This document shows, piece by piece, positions 26,332-35,432 of a DNA stretch of 64,000 bases. Numbering within the stretch: position 1 is the stretch's first letter; every line of letters begins with the position of its first letter. Location of the stretch: IMG/VR virus record IMGVR_UViG_3300028845_000328; one strand, 5' to 3'. Made by a program: the position numbers and the translations under genes. The notes under the pieces are model-generated. The model was not told the origin of the DNA. It saw only the letters and a program-made list of their open reading frames with translations, and ran no database searches. This DNA is from a virus.

Positions 26332-29265
26332 TCATTGAATATTCCTCTTAACCCATTCTGAGTCATGTTCTTGGACGTGTCCATCCTTTTTAGAATAGAG
26401 AATTTTCGGTTTTTCGCCCAATTTTGAATTTCCAGTATCAAATACATGGAATTCATCTACGAGATGAGATACATTGCTAAAAGAATCCGGAATCTTAGGG
26501 TATGAATCCACAATGAAGTTTTCTGGAACATATCGCCCTACTTTTTCCGCTCTTTCGATGGCTCTCGGGATAGCGACTTCTACTGGACAATCCGCGAAAA
26601 GAAGTTGAATATGATAATCCTGTTTTCTGAGTTCAGGGATAATATCAATATATGATTTAGCTTTAGCACCTGTTCCGTCTATTACCAGATTCTTTCTTTC
26701 AGCAATAGCTTGAGCACGGATTTTCTTAACTAAATATGATGATTCCTCATGTGCCATCATGGCTGCCGATCTTACTCTGTCTCTCACAGCAACCCGATAT
26801 TCTGGAATTCGTTCCTTTACTGAATCAGCATCAGCATTCACAAATTTTGTCTTATCAAATCCGATTGAATTAACCATAGAAGATTTTCCTGATGCAGTTC
26901 CCCCCATCATCATTATAACCGTTGGGGTTTCATCTTGAGCAACCGGTTGAACCCTTGAAAGATAACTCTCCATGATTTTATCATGGAGTTTCCTTCTTTC
27001 CGGATTAGGCTCTCCTCCTCCGGATGGGTTACTTGAAAAGTAGGTTTCCCATGTTTCATTTGATAGACCAGCCACTGAGTCATTCCATACCCCTTTCCTG
27101 GGAATGATTTCTGGTGGATTTTCCATCATTGCTTCGGCTTTTGCCACTTCGATTTTTGATTTCATTAAGGAATTACTTTTAATAGATGCTACTGCTTCGA
27201 TCGCTGATGATAATTGCTTTTCAGGAAGTTCTCCGCGTTTTAACGCTTTGAGTGAATTGATCGCTGCGTTTGCCAAGTTCTGACCTGTTTTTAATCCGGA
27301 ATCCAGAGATTCAAGCGCGCTTTTCTTTTCCGCTCTCCCTTTTCTCAAAAGATCCCCGATTTTGTGCTGGAATTCTTTTAGCTTTTTATTTTTATTTATT
27401 GCAAACTGTTTTCTTTCCTTGTCCATACCAACTTTTTTTATCGACTGAGGGATAGATTTTCTTTTTAGATTCTGGACTTTGGCTTTCAATTCAGCAAGTT
27501 TCGAATCTAAATTCCAAAGTTTTTTGAAAGTTGCTGTTGGAAAACCTTTCGGAGTTTGCCCGAAATTCAAGGTCCGCAATGTTTCGGTTAATCGTTCAAC
27601 CTGGTTTTCCTTTTTTGTTTTCTGGTTTTCTGATTTATTCTGTTTCAGTGAGCGGATTGCTTCGACTGCCGGGTTCTGATTTAATAGTTCACTCTCTTGT
27701 AATTTTTCTTTCGGTTTGGCAGTTTTCTTTTTTGCATAGACTGCATCAATTGCCAATACTCTTGCTTTGTAATCAGGATATTTATCCAAAAGACTTGGGT
27801 ATTCCCTCAATACTTTTACTGGGATCGGTGTGCTGTTTTGCATTGCCTTTTCGACCGCTGCCCTATGCTCCGAACGATTCCCACCTGTTTTCTTCGTATA
27901 TTCATTCAAATCAGCTTGATGTGCCGCTTTTAGGTCTGATCCTCCAGGTAACTGCTGCCATGCGTTTTCTGAGACTTTTTTGTACCGATTCCCGTCTGCC
28001 CAAGTCCGAATTTCACCGATCGCTCCCTTTTTCCCCTTTAGGAAATAAATCAAGTGAGTGCCATCATTTATAGGATTGCTTGCTGACTTTGATTTTGCAA
28101 ATGCAAGGTCAGCGGCAAGGAAAAGGAATACACTGCCGGACGGAAGCATGACTTTGATATGATCCTCTACCTTCTCAAGAACTTTTGCGATATGGCCTCG
28201 ATTTACTCGTCCCTCAAGCGGACGTTCTATTCTTACAATATCGCCGGATGTGGCATTTTCTACATTCCACATGTCTTTTCTTTTATCTGGAGGAGTATTT
28301 TGTATCCTTGATCTGGCACGTTCTTTTGCCTGAGATTCGAATTCCTTCCATCTCCCCAATGCTTCAGCCGCTTTTTGTTCGTATGTTTTAGTACTATTCC
28401 CGGAACCAGATTTTTCATCTTTTTTTACTTGTTCATTCTGTTGTGGCGATGATTCGCCTGCTTGTTTTCCTTCAGACACAAGAACCCAGCCAGTAGCTGT
28501 CTTTCTGTGTTTTGACCCGTCTGACCAAGTATGGACTTCGCCAACACCGGCAACTGAAGCAGATTTGTGGAAGAATTTTTTAACTCTTTTAGTTGTATCT
28601 GAATCACTTAACCATTTCTTGAATTGGTCAATCGTCATAGGAATCAGTTCTCCTAAACCTTCCCAGCCATTTTGATAATTTTCTAAGTAGGCATTTTCAG
28701 CTTCATCTTCGGTATTGTAACCGATCATAACCTTATGTTCATCGAATTCACCAGATGAAGGGTTCATTTGGTTTATAACAAATACGATTTCTGATTTTGA
28801 ATTAGGCCCTATGAAACAATCTACATGGTCTCCATCATTGCCAGTAGTTCCCTTGATATACCCATAATGTGAATACATCTTACTTTTCCATTTAATCCCT
28901 TTTGAATCAATGCCGGATCGGAATGAGCCTTTTGGGTTTTCTATTGTAATGTCAAGTCCATGAATTCTGGTATGAGCTTTTTTGTAGTTACCGGCTTCCT
29001 TTTGTCCCTGTGTTGGTGAATGATTTACTTCTGACTTATCGATTATAATTTTTGACTTCATCATTTTCGGGAGTTTTCCAAAATAGTCGTTTAGTTTTGA
29101 TTTAAACTTTTTGTATTTTAAATAACTATTTTTTTGAGATGGGAATCCACCTGGATTTTGTAGTGCCCCACCGTTTGTTACCGTCGCTACATCCGTATTT
29201 CCTAGATTCGCAGTCAGCATAAAATAAAAACCCCGGATTTTACGCCGGGGTTCTCCTTTTTTCAA
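26332..29265 (-). CDS. Polyvalent protein: InPase-like - TWxDG x2 - Zeta-toxin-like P-loop kinase (start uncertain)
   Basis: GNYKKAH...IENPKGS...HYGYIKGT..NDGDHVD...FDEHKV; C-terminal MGGTASGKS...DADSVK...AHEES...VIDGT; the annotated start overlaps the MCP terminator, so the true start may be ATG 29220 or later. Confidence 0.8.
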   Translation of the reverse strand: MKKGEPRRKIRGFYFMLTANLGNTDVATVTNGGALQNPGGFPSQKNSYLKYKKFKSKLNDYFGKLPKMMKSKIIIDKSEVNHSPTQGQKEAGNYKKAHTRIHGLDITIENPKGSFRSGIDSKGIKWKSKMYSHYGYIKGTTGNDGDHVDCFIGPNSKSEIVFVINQMNPSSGEFDEHKVMIGYNTEDEAENAYLENYQNGWEGLGELIPMTIDQFKKWLSDSDTTKRVKKFFHKSASVAGVGEVHTWSDGSKHRKTATGWVLVSEGKQAGESSPQQNEQVKKDEKSGSGNSTKTYEQKAAEALGRWKEFESQAKERARSRIQNTPPDKRKDMWNVENATSGDIVRIERPLEGRVNRGHIAKVLEKVEDHIKVMLPSGSVFLFLAADLAFAKSKSASNPINDGTHLIYFLKGKKGAIGEIRTWADGNRYKKVSENAWQQLPGGSDLKAAHQADLNEYTKKTGGNRSEHRAAVEKAMQNSTPIPVKVLREYPSLLDKYPDYKARVLAIDAVYAKKKTAKPKEKLQESELLNQNPAVEAIRSLKQNKSENQKTKKENQVERLTETLRTLNFGQTPKGFPTATFKKLWNLDSKLAELKAKVQNLKRKSIPQSIKKVGMDKERKQFAINKNKKLKEFQHKIGDLLRKGRAEKKSALESLDSGLKTGQNLANAAINSLKALKRGELPEKQLSSAIEAVASIKSNSLMKSKIEVAKAEAMMENPPEIIPRKGVWNDSVAGLSNETWETYFSSNPSGGGEPNPERRKLHDKIMESYLSRVQPVAQDETPTVIMMMGGTASGKSSMVNSIGFDKTKFVNADADSVKERIPEYRVAVRDRVRSAAMMAHEESSYLVKKIRAQAIAERKNLVIDGTGAKAKSYIDIIPELRKQDYHIQLLFADCPVEVAIPRAIERAEKVGRYVPENFIVDSYPKIPDSFSNVSHLVDEFHVFDTGNSKLGEKPKILYSKKDGHVQEHDSEWVKRNIQ
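29221..29252 (-). terminator. Rho-independent terminator after the MCP gene
   Basis: aaccccgg-N8-ccggggtt stem followed on the minus strand by TTTATTTT. Confidence 0.8.
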
Positions 29266-29279
29266 GATTCAAAAACATC

Positions 29280-30821
29280 CTAAGACAGTGTCGTAGGTAG
29301 ATTTTTGATGAGATAGAATCTCATTGGTTGCAATACGGCCAGACCACCGTACCACTCAACCATACCAGCAAGCTTTCTCTGATAAACTGCGTTCGGAGTA
29401 AACTTAGTCTGAATGAGAGGTAATAGTCTCAACATATGGTATGTCCTCTTCTGGTCAACGGCTGATCTTGAATTGTAATCTCCGATAACTCCTTCCGTGC
29501 ATCCAGGAACCCATTCATTTAGGTCTTGGTATGCTGTTGTAGGTGTTGCGGCTTTTAAAATCCTTTCAGTGAGATGGAACTTACCGCTTCCAGGGTATGA
29601 TTCACGGAAAATCTGGAAATATGTGCATGGTTCTCCGGTCCCGGCTGGAGTTATCACAAGATTAATTGCTTTCCCCTTGCTCATTACGCCAGCAGTTGTT
29701 ACAGTTGCTGACTGAGCAGAACGTCCGAACCTGTTGCAGGCAACAACGATGTAGGAGACAACCGCATCAGCTCCATTAATATCCTTGGAATCCTTATCCT
29801 TCCATTTTGATCCACTCACAGTTCCACCGGTTACCGCTGCGGTAAAGGTTGGAGCATCTGGAGCTTTCGAATTTGTTTTTCCTGGCTGAAGAACGTTATT
29901 TGCGTCTCTGTACGAAGGCAGTTCGACAAGATGACGATTCATCCAAAGGTCTGTTTTAAATTCTAATTTTCCGCCTTTAATCGGCGCTCCGATAAGACCT
30001 GGAATATTATATCCTACAGTCGGATTTTGAACATTCATCACAAATTCTTTTGCACCTACATAATAAGAATCGAGAACATTCTTCACGCCATCATGCAACC
30101 AGAACTCATTTGCAAGACCAAATTTTGTTCTGATATTCACGCAAAGTTCCTTGATAGAACTTATTGCGGGGAAAGTACCAGCCGAATCAAATACCTGACC
30201 GTTATTTACCAATTCCGTAACGAATCCATCGAATTCGAGCGAATTGATAGATTTGTTTCCATACCAGGTAGCATAGGCCAGAGTTCTCATTACTCTGTTA
30301 ATTGCGCCTTGAACCTGAATTGCTTCCGGGTCGTAGTTTCCTGTATCTGAAACATTCAAAACTTTAGATACTGCATAACCTTCAGCAAGAAAAGAAACCG
30401 ATTTCGCAATCCTTTTAATGATTACGTCTTTGAATTCGGCGTCATCTGTTTCACCGACGAATGAGAAATCACCGTTTCCTCCCCAGTCCAGAATTTGTCC
30501 GTAAATATTCAGAGTAGACTTAGTATCTTTATTAAACATTGAATTCAGGAAGTTGTATTCATCTGAATCCTGCGCCAATAAAACCATAGTCTCATCTACA
30601 TTGTGCATAGACAATGCAGCACCATTCTGAACACCAGTTAAGTCGGTTATCCCAGTCGTGTTCGCATTAAACGATTTTGCAAATTCCCGGACATCCTCAA
30701 GATTTGTAAACGTCGGCACGATTGCCATTGTTACAAGTACGCCACTCCCAAGCAGGAACCCTGCGAACAAGAAAAGCGCACTAATAACCCCCATAAAAAT
30801 ATTTGTTTTTTTTGTCCTCAT
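29280..30821 (-). CDS. Major capsid protein (Twort/K/A511-like) with hydrophobic leader
   Basis: KSFNANTTGITDLTGVQNGAALSMHNVDETMVLL resembles Twort-like KSF.TG.GIT...Q..AGALR; LEFDG motif; GGGAGG SD. Confidence 0.85.
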   Translation of the reverse strand: MRTKKTNIFMGVISALFLFAGFLLGSGVLVTMAIVPTFTNLEDVREFAKSFNANTTGITDLTGVQNGAALSMHNVDETMVLLAQDSDEYNFLNSMFNKDTKSTLNIYGQILDWGGNGDFSFVGETDDAEFKDVIIKRIAKSVSFLAEGYAVSKVLNVSDTGNYDPEAIQVQGAINRVMRTLAYATWYGNKSINSLEFDGFVTELVNNGQVFDSAGTFPAISSIKELCVNIRTKFGLANEFWLHDGVKNVLDSYYVGAKEFVMNVQNPTVGYNIPGLIGAPIKGGKLEFKTDLWMNRHLVELPSYRDANNVLQPGKTNSKAPDAPTFTAAVTGGTVSGSKWKDKDSKDINGADAVVSYIVVACNRFGRSAQSATVTTAGVMSKGKAINLVITPAGTGEPCTYFQIFRESYPGSGKFHLTERILKAATPTTAYQDLNEWVPGCTEGVIGDYNSRSAVDQKRTYHMLRLLPLIQTKFTPNAVYQRKLAGMVEWYGGLAVLQPMRFYLIKNLPTTLS

Positions 30822-31588
30822 TAGTTTCCTCCCTGAGACGATATTGATTTTAAAAAATATTTATTCGCTTGTTCAGTTAAAACTCCTTTACTTTCGTAAG
30901 TAGTTACATCTGACAGATTTAACTCTCTATTCCTGACCCCTTGTCCTAAAATTGATACGATTTCGTTACGACTCTTGCTGAACTGAGAAACCGGAATATC
31001 ATCAGCTTTTGTCGCAGGAACCTTTACATCCACGGGTTGGCTACCGAATTTATCAAGTTGCGATTTCATAAATTCGATTGTTTTTCCAATCCCAGTAATT
31101 GTTTCAGACATTTTTTTATTCTCTACGATGAGAGCTGCAACTGCCTCATTCTGTGTTTCAACGTCGAGCTTATAAGCCGCGAAAGATTTCTTGAATTCGA
31201 TCATTTCTTCTGATAACTGTTTCCCGTTGCCTTTTCTCATCTCTGCTTCCTCGGCTGGCCCGGAAGGCGTTTCAGGCTCTTTTTTATTCTCTACACCTGC
31301 AAGAGCGCTGGATACTACATCCCAAATCTGCGAACATTGCTCATCTGTGAGATTTTTACTCTTACAGAAAGCCTTAATTGATTCTTCGGTAGCCTGCACT
31401 TCGCCGCCTTCCAGTTTTGCCATTAGTTCGTCAAGAACTGCATCATCAATGTCCGCTTGAGCTGGCTCAGCAGGAGTTTCGTTTGTCCTTTCTTCCGGCT
31501 TTTTCTCTGGTTCAACAGGTTTTCCGTTTTCTGATTTAAAAAAATCTTTCATTTTTTCCATCAGTCCTTCTTTTTTCTCTTTATCCAT
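30821..31588 (-). CDS. Head scaffolding protein
   Basis: Acidic and coiled-coil, between protease and MCP; multiple F-x-K-S sites. Confidence 0.7.
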   Translation of the reverse strand: MDKEKKEGLMEKMKDFFKSENGKPVEPEKKPEERTNETPAEPAQADIDDAVLDELMAKLEGGEVQATEESIKAFCKSKNLTDEQCSQIWDVVSSALAGVENKKEPETPSGPAEEAEMRKGNGKQLSEEMIEFKKSFAAYKLDVETQNEAVAALIVENKKMSETITGIGKTIEFMKSQLDKFGSQPVDVKVPATKADDIPVSQFSKSRNEIVSILGQGVRNRELNLSDVTTYESKGVLTEQANKYFLKSISSQGGN

Positions 31589-32441
31589 TGCGTTCTCCGT
31601 TTTCTATAATCATTTGTGTTGCAAGTTTTTTAGCATAATCACGACCAAAGCCATAGCTCCTGAAATGGTCATAATATAATTCATAATCAACTGTCTGGCC
31701 TGGAATAATTTTTTCTAAAAGTTTTGCCGTTGCCCAGAGTTTATAATCAAGCGATGATGTTATGAATTGGAAAATTCGTTGCTCGGCCTCTTCCGAAATT
31801 TTTTCGAATGGATATTGGATAGCGACAGATTGATCCATTGGTTCTTCATCCAGGAACTCAGTTGCAATGGACGATTTCAGCATTTTAATTTCTGTTTCGC
31901 TGTTAATAGCTTCCCCGGCCGGACAAATTGCAACGTGAGAAATTCGCGCACGGTCATAAGTTTTATCGCCATATTTTGCTACTGTTTCCGGTTTTGGTGG
32001 ATAAAATCCACCTCCTGCACTCGCTTCTAAACCCTCATATCCGGCTTTAAGTAATGGGACGTACGGGGCTATGAATGGATTCTTCGCATTCCACTTGCTT
32101 TGGCAATATAGAGAGTCTCCTTCAATGAAGAATTTTTTTCCAGATGGGATCCCTATAATTGCTTCATTCCCCAACCTTTCATTATTTAATTTTTCTTGTA
32201 TGGAATTCGATTTCTGGAACGGAAGTAACCTGGAATAGTGGTTCCAATCCACAACTGCTTTTTTATTGGAGTAATCAATGTCTTTTTGATTTTTCCAGGC
32301 CTCCGGCAGAATCATTTCGCCTTGAGCGTCACGGGTTGGAGTTGACACTAACATGATAGTATTAAGATAGTCACCATCCCGCTCAACTTCTACGATTGAG
32401 GAACTCTTAATAAAAGGGATAAATTTTGCTTTATCTTGCAC
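31581..32441 (-). CDS. Prohead protease
   Basis: STPTRDAQGEMI...VDWNH...SAGG...SHVAIC pattern (herpes/HK97-like His/Ser fold). Confidence 0.75.
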   Translation of the reverse strand: MQDKAKFIPFIKSSSIVEVERDGDYLNTIMLVSTPTRDAQGEMILPEAWKNQKDIDYSNKKAVVDWNHYSRLLPFQKSNSIQEKLNNERLGNEAIIGIPSGKKFFIEGDSLYCQSKWNAKNPFIAPYVPLLKAGYEGLEASAGGGFYPPKPETVAKYGDKTYDRARISHVAICPAGEAINSETEIKMLKSSIATEFLDEEPMDQSVAIQYPFEKISEEAEQRIFQFITSSLDYKLWATAKLLEKIIPGQTVDYELYYDHFRSYGFGRDYAKKLATQMIIENGERNG

Positions 32442-32841
32442 TGATTGTCCTCCCTACCCTGATTTTTTTCGTTCCTGCTGCTTTCACATCAATTTGTGTG
32501 GGAGTAAATCCAAGGAGATCAAACTCTTCAGCTTCAAGCCAAACACCTGAATTATTAAATTGAACCTGAATTTTTGCCGGATCACCAGCTACGATGCCGT
32601 TCGCCATATCAGAATCAACAAATGTCCCGCGTATAAGAACTGCGTTTATATCCGTAAACTGTGAAATAGGAATATTTACAGGAGTGATCTGCGTATCATC
32701 GATTGTATTGTCTATGATAAAGGAATCCTCCATCTCTCCCCTTATGAATTCATAGGTATGGACTGATTCTGGGAGCGGAATTTTACTACCGTTATCCATG
32801 ATTTTTTCAGTTAGTACTGAGACTCTGATTTTATCAGACAT
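32431..32841 (-). CDS. Putative virion protein
   Basis: Beta-rich ORF in the head operon. Confidence 0.55.
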   Translation of the reverse strand: MSDKIRVSVLTEKIMDNGSKIPLPESVHTYEFIRGEMEDSFIIDNTIDDTQITPVNIPISQFTDINAVLIRGTFVDSDMANGIVAGDPAKIQVQFNNSGVWLEAEEFDLLGFTPTQIDVKAAGTKKIRVGRTISAR

Positions 32842-33126
32842 CTATCCTACCTCCATAAAAAATCCGGAGACTTCTAAAATACCTGTGAAATTGAAAGCTT
32901 CCGCCGACCAAGGAACTGTATATTGGAGATTTCCCGATCCATTCCTATTGAATGATTCACCTTTTGAGTTAATGTAATTGCAACTCCATGCACCTGAAGC
33001 TCTCACTTCTGTGATGCAGTAGAATTTTTTTGAGTCAATGAGATTCAAAATCCCTGCGGTTCCCTGCAATGTAAAATTATTTTGTAGGGAACTGCGTTTT
33101 AGGTCTTGTGGGTGAATAAATTTCAC
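32842..33126 (-). CDS. Putative virion protein
   Basis: ORF in the head operon, translationally coupled. Confidence 0.5.
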   Translation of the reverse strand: MKFIHPQDLKRSSLQNNFTLQGTAGILNLIDSKKFYCITEVRASGAWSCNYINSKGESFNRNGSGNLQYTVPWSAEAFNFTGILEVSGFFMEVG

Positions 33127-33926
33127 TATTGAATTACCGTAATCCTAACAGTATCAGTTATTGCCCAATCTACACCACCAGAGTTATCTATCGTAAGCCG
33201 GTTTCCGGAAATAGTTACAGAGCCGTCCCACGCTTTAGCGACACCAGGAGTAGATGTAACGAATACCTTGGCTTCCAGCAAAGTTGGAGGAGAGTCAAAA
33301 AGAAAGTGCATTGTACCTGTTGCTACTTCTTGAGCAGTAGGAATCCTGGAAACAGAGTGTTCAACTCCAGCCCCTGGATTTTTTCCTCCAAAGAAATTGG
33401 CAGACGCAAAAGCGTTATTTGCTCCGGCCAGTGCTTCAGAACATGCTCTACCGAATGCTCCAGGAGTTTTCCATACAATAATAACCTCATTTGCACTGAA
33501 TCGGATTGCTGAAAAATTCAGGGCAGACATTGAGTTGATTTTATTTGCAATGGCTGTAGAAGCATTTGCTGGGGTATCATCTGCATGGCCAGTGATTGCA
33601 ATATTTCCTGTATTTACACCATCAGCAGCTCTATCGAACTCAAAAACAGTCCCATCAATTGAAACCGTTTCTGTATCTGCGACATTGGAAGCAAGCCTGA
33701 GAATATTAATGTCGCAGACTCCAGGGTCATTTGTTACGAGTGTCAGCCGTTCCCCATTCCAGTAATATGCTCTTTTAGTGTCAGTTTCATAAATAAAGAA
33801 AGGATCGGTTCCTGACTTAAGAATGAGTGATTTTCTCTGGCTGGAAGTAATTTTTAGTGAATTCTTATCAAAATAACTTTGTGCAAATTGCACTGCCGAT
33901 GCAAGGTTTGAGCTGTGCGTATTCAT
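33126..33926 (-). CDS. Putative head decoration / fibre protein
   Basis: Small-residue, beta-rich; first gene of the head operon; AGGGGG SD. Confidence 0.55.
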   Translation of the reverse strand: MNTHSSNLASAVQFAQSYFDKNSLKITSSQRKSLILKSGTDPFFIYETDTKRAYYWNGERLTLVTNDPGVCDINILRLASNVADTETVSIDGTVFEFDRAADGVNTGNIAITGHADDTPANASTAIANKINSMSALNFSAIRFSANEVIIVWKTPGAFGRACSEALAGANNAFASANFFGGKNPGAGVEHSVSRIPTAQEVATGTMHFLFDSPPTLLEAKVFVTSTPGVAKAWDGSVTISGNRLTIDNSGGVDWAITDTVRITVIQ

Positions 33927-33966
33927 TTAGTCCCCCTGAAAATATTGTAAAACATTTCAAGGATGT

Positions 33967-33997
33967 GACGAACGACATGACCTATATTTTATTGCAA
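33967..33997 (-). promoter_or_regulatory. Late-promoter-like motif TTGCAA-N18-GTTCGTC
   Basis: Near-match heading the protease-scaffold-MCP operon. Confidence 0.55.
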
Positions 33998-34007
33998 GTT
34001 TTTTTTG

Positions 34008-34037
34008 TTGACATAATTATTTTTTTATGGTTTCGTC
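34008..34037 (+). promoter_or_regulatory. Late-promoter-like motif TTGACA-N17-TTTCGTC
   Basis: 9 nt upstream of GTG 34047; divergent from 33967..33997. Confidence 0.7.
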
Positions 34038-34046
34038 TTTCTGTCA

Positions 34047-34385
34047 GTGGGCAATACTCCGATACAAATACAGGATTTGGATAGCATAGATAGAGAGATT
34101 TTTAGTTATAATGTCTCTCAGGCAGAGTTTTTTATGATTCATGCAACTATAGATAGGATCGTAGAACTATCCCAATCAAATAAACTAATGGTAACTCCGT
34201 CACAGATCAGAACTTTAAAAATTATCAGAAAAAAACCTACTTACCTAACAATATCTCATAGAAATTCAATCATTGCGATCTTGAATTCAGTGATACTCCG
34301 AAATAGAGAAAAACGAGGGCAATTGTATGAGGCTTTATCCTATAAATCGAAAGCAATTATTCCGAGAAAGAAACAATCTTCGTGA
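34047..34385 (+). CDS. Hypothetical protein
   Basis: Track ORF directly after a promoter motif. Confidence 0.55.
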   Translation: MGNTPIQIQDLDSIDREIFSYNVSQAEFFMIHATIDRIVELSQSNKLMVTPSQIRTLKIIRKKPTYLTISHRNSIIAILNSVILRNREKRGQLYEALSYKSKAIIPRKKQSS

Positions 34386-34509
34386 AAAATTTTTACAAGC
34401 TTACCAGCTTTTAGACACTAACGAAAAATCCGCAGTCAAAGCTCTAAAAAAACTTGGGTTTAAAGTTGAGTGCTGGGAATTACTGGAAGATAAATGGGTT
34501 CTAAATTAG
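34327..34509 (+). CDS. Hypothetical protein
   Basis: Track ORF overlapping the previous gene. Confidence 0.4.
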   Translation: MRLYPINRKQLFRERNNLREKFLQAYQLLDTNEKSAVKALKKLGFKVECWELLEDKWVLN

Positions 34510-34568
34510 TATTCTCGGTTGATCAATTGGTCAGACGAGAATACTAACTATAAATAAGTTTTTGTGAA

Positions 34569-34823
34569 CTACAGCCTCTTTATGTCAATTGCTCTTATCT
34601 GATCAACGCCCTTTTTAGGATTAAATGAAGTTATTGTTTTGAAAGTGACGCGAATACCTTCTTTAATATTTTTCTGATGTATTGAGGAGTCTTTTCCGAA
34701 AAAGAAATAGTCCACTTGATCCTGATCGTTCGTGATGAAACCATAACCACCCTTTTTCCCGGGCTCGGCATTATGGTCATACTGAAAGTATTTTTTAATT
34801 GTTCCAGTTAAATAATTACTCAT
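34569..34823 (-). CDS. Cold-shock-domain (OB-fold) nucleic-acid-binding protein
   Basis: GTIKKYF...GYGFIT...DYFFF (RNP1/RNP2-like), EGIRVTF, AIDIKRL. Confidence 0.75.
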   Translation of the reverse strand: MSNYLTGTIKKYFQYDHNAEPGKKGGYGFITNDQDQVDYFFFGKDSSIHQKNIKEGIRVTFKTITSFNPKKGVDQIRAIDIKRL

Positions 34824-35416
34824 TTTGATTTTCTTTCCTTTAAATTTTTTATATCAACAACTTTATTTGAAAAAATAAGTTCTCTATGGTGATGTAATAT
34901 TGATTCTTCTGAATTTCCAAATGAAATTAATTTTCCAATTGAATTGAATCCCTTATTGAAGAAAAACATCGCAACGCCTCGATTCCATGAACCGTACGAG
35001 TAAACTTCTACAATAGGAGGATGGTTGGATATGATATGGATACTCAATGCTGCAAACGACTGAATAAATTGTGACAAATGGAAGAAATTAGCATACATTA
35101 CAAAAAAAACAAACCCAAACAAAAACCATGAATACACCCATTCACTATTGTAACAATATATGGACAAAGCGGAGAGGATGATTATTTTCGCAAAGAACTG
35201 AATGAATCCGTTTATCATAAATCGATTTAACAGAATAGAAAATCTTTCCTTATATCCACCCAGTCTAAAAAAAAACATCACGGTTTTTTCGTGCCATCGA
35301 TTCATGTGTTTGTTGTAAACATTCCGAATCAAACTTAATTTCTCGAAATGGTTTTTGATTATTTGCTCCCTTACTCTTTTCTTTTCAAAATTTGTTGGAC
35401 TGTATTTTTTTGACAT
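34820..35416 (-). CDS. Membrane protein
   Basis: Two central TM segments; start re-called at MSKKY with a GGAG SD. Confidence 0.55.
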   Translation of the reverse strand: MSKKYSPTNFEKKRVREQIIKNHFEKLSLIRNVYNKHMNRWHEKTVMFFFRLGGYKERFSILLNRFMINGFIQFFAKIIILSALSIYCYNSEWVYSWFLFGFVFFVMYANFFHLSQFIQSFAALSIHIISNHPPIVEVYSYGSWNRGVAMFFFNKGFNSIGKLISFGNSEESILHHHRELIFSNKVVDIKNLKERKSK

Positions 35417-35432
35417 TTTCTCTCCTTTAATT

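Noticed and set aside
29130-29220. Possible riboswitch or ribozyme downstream of the MCP terminator (GGATGTAG...CTACAAAATCC pairing)
   Set aside because: Only short helices by eye and no match to a family I recognise; would need Infernal/Rfam and covariation
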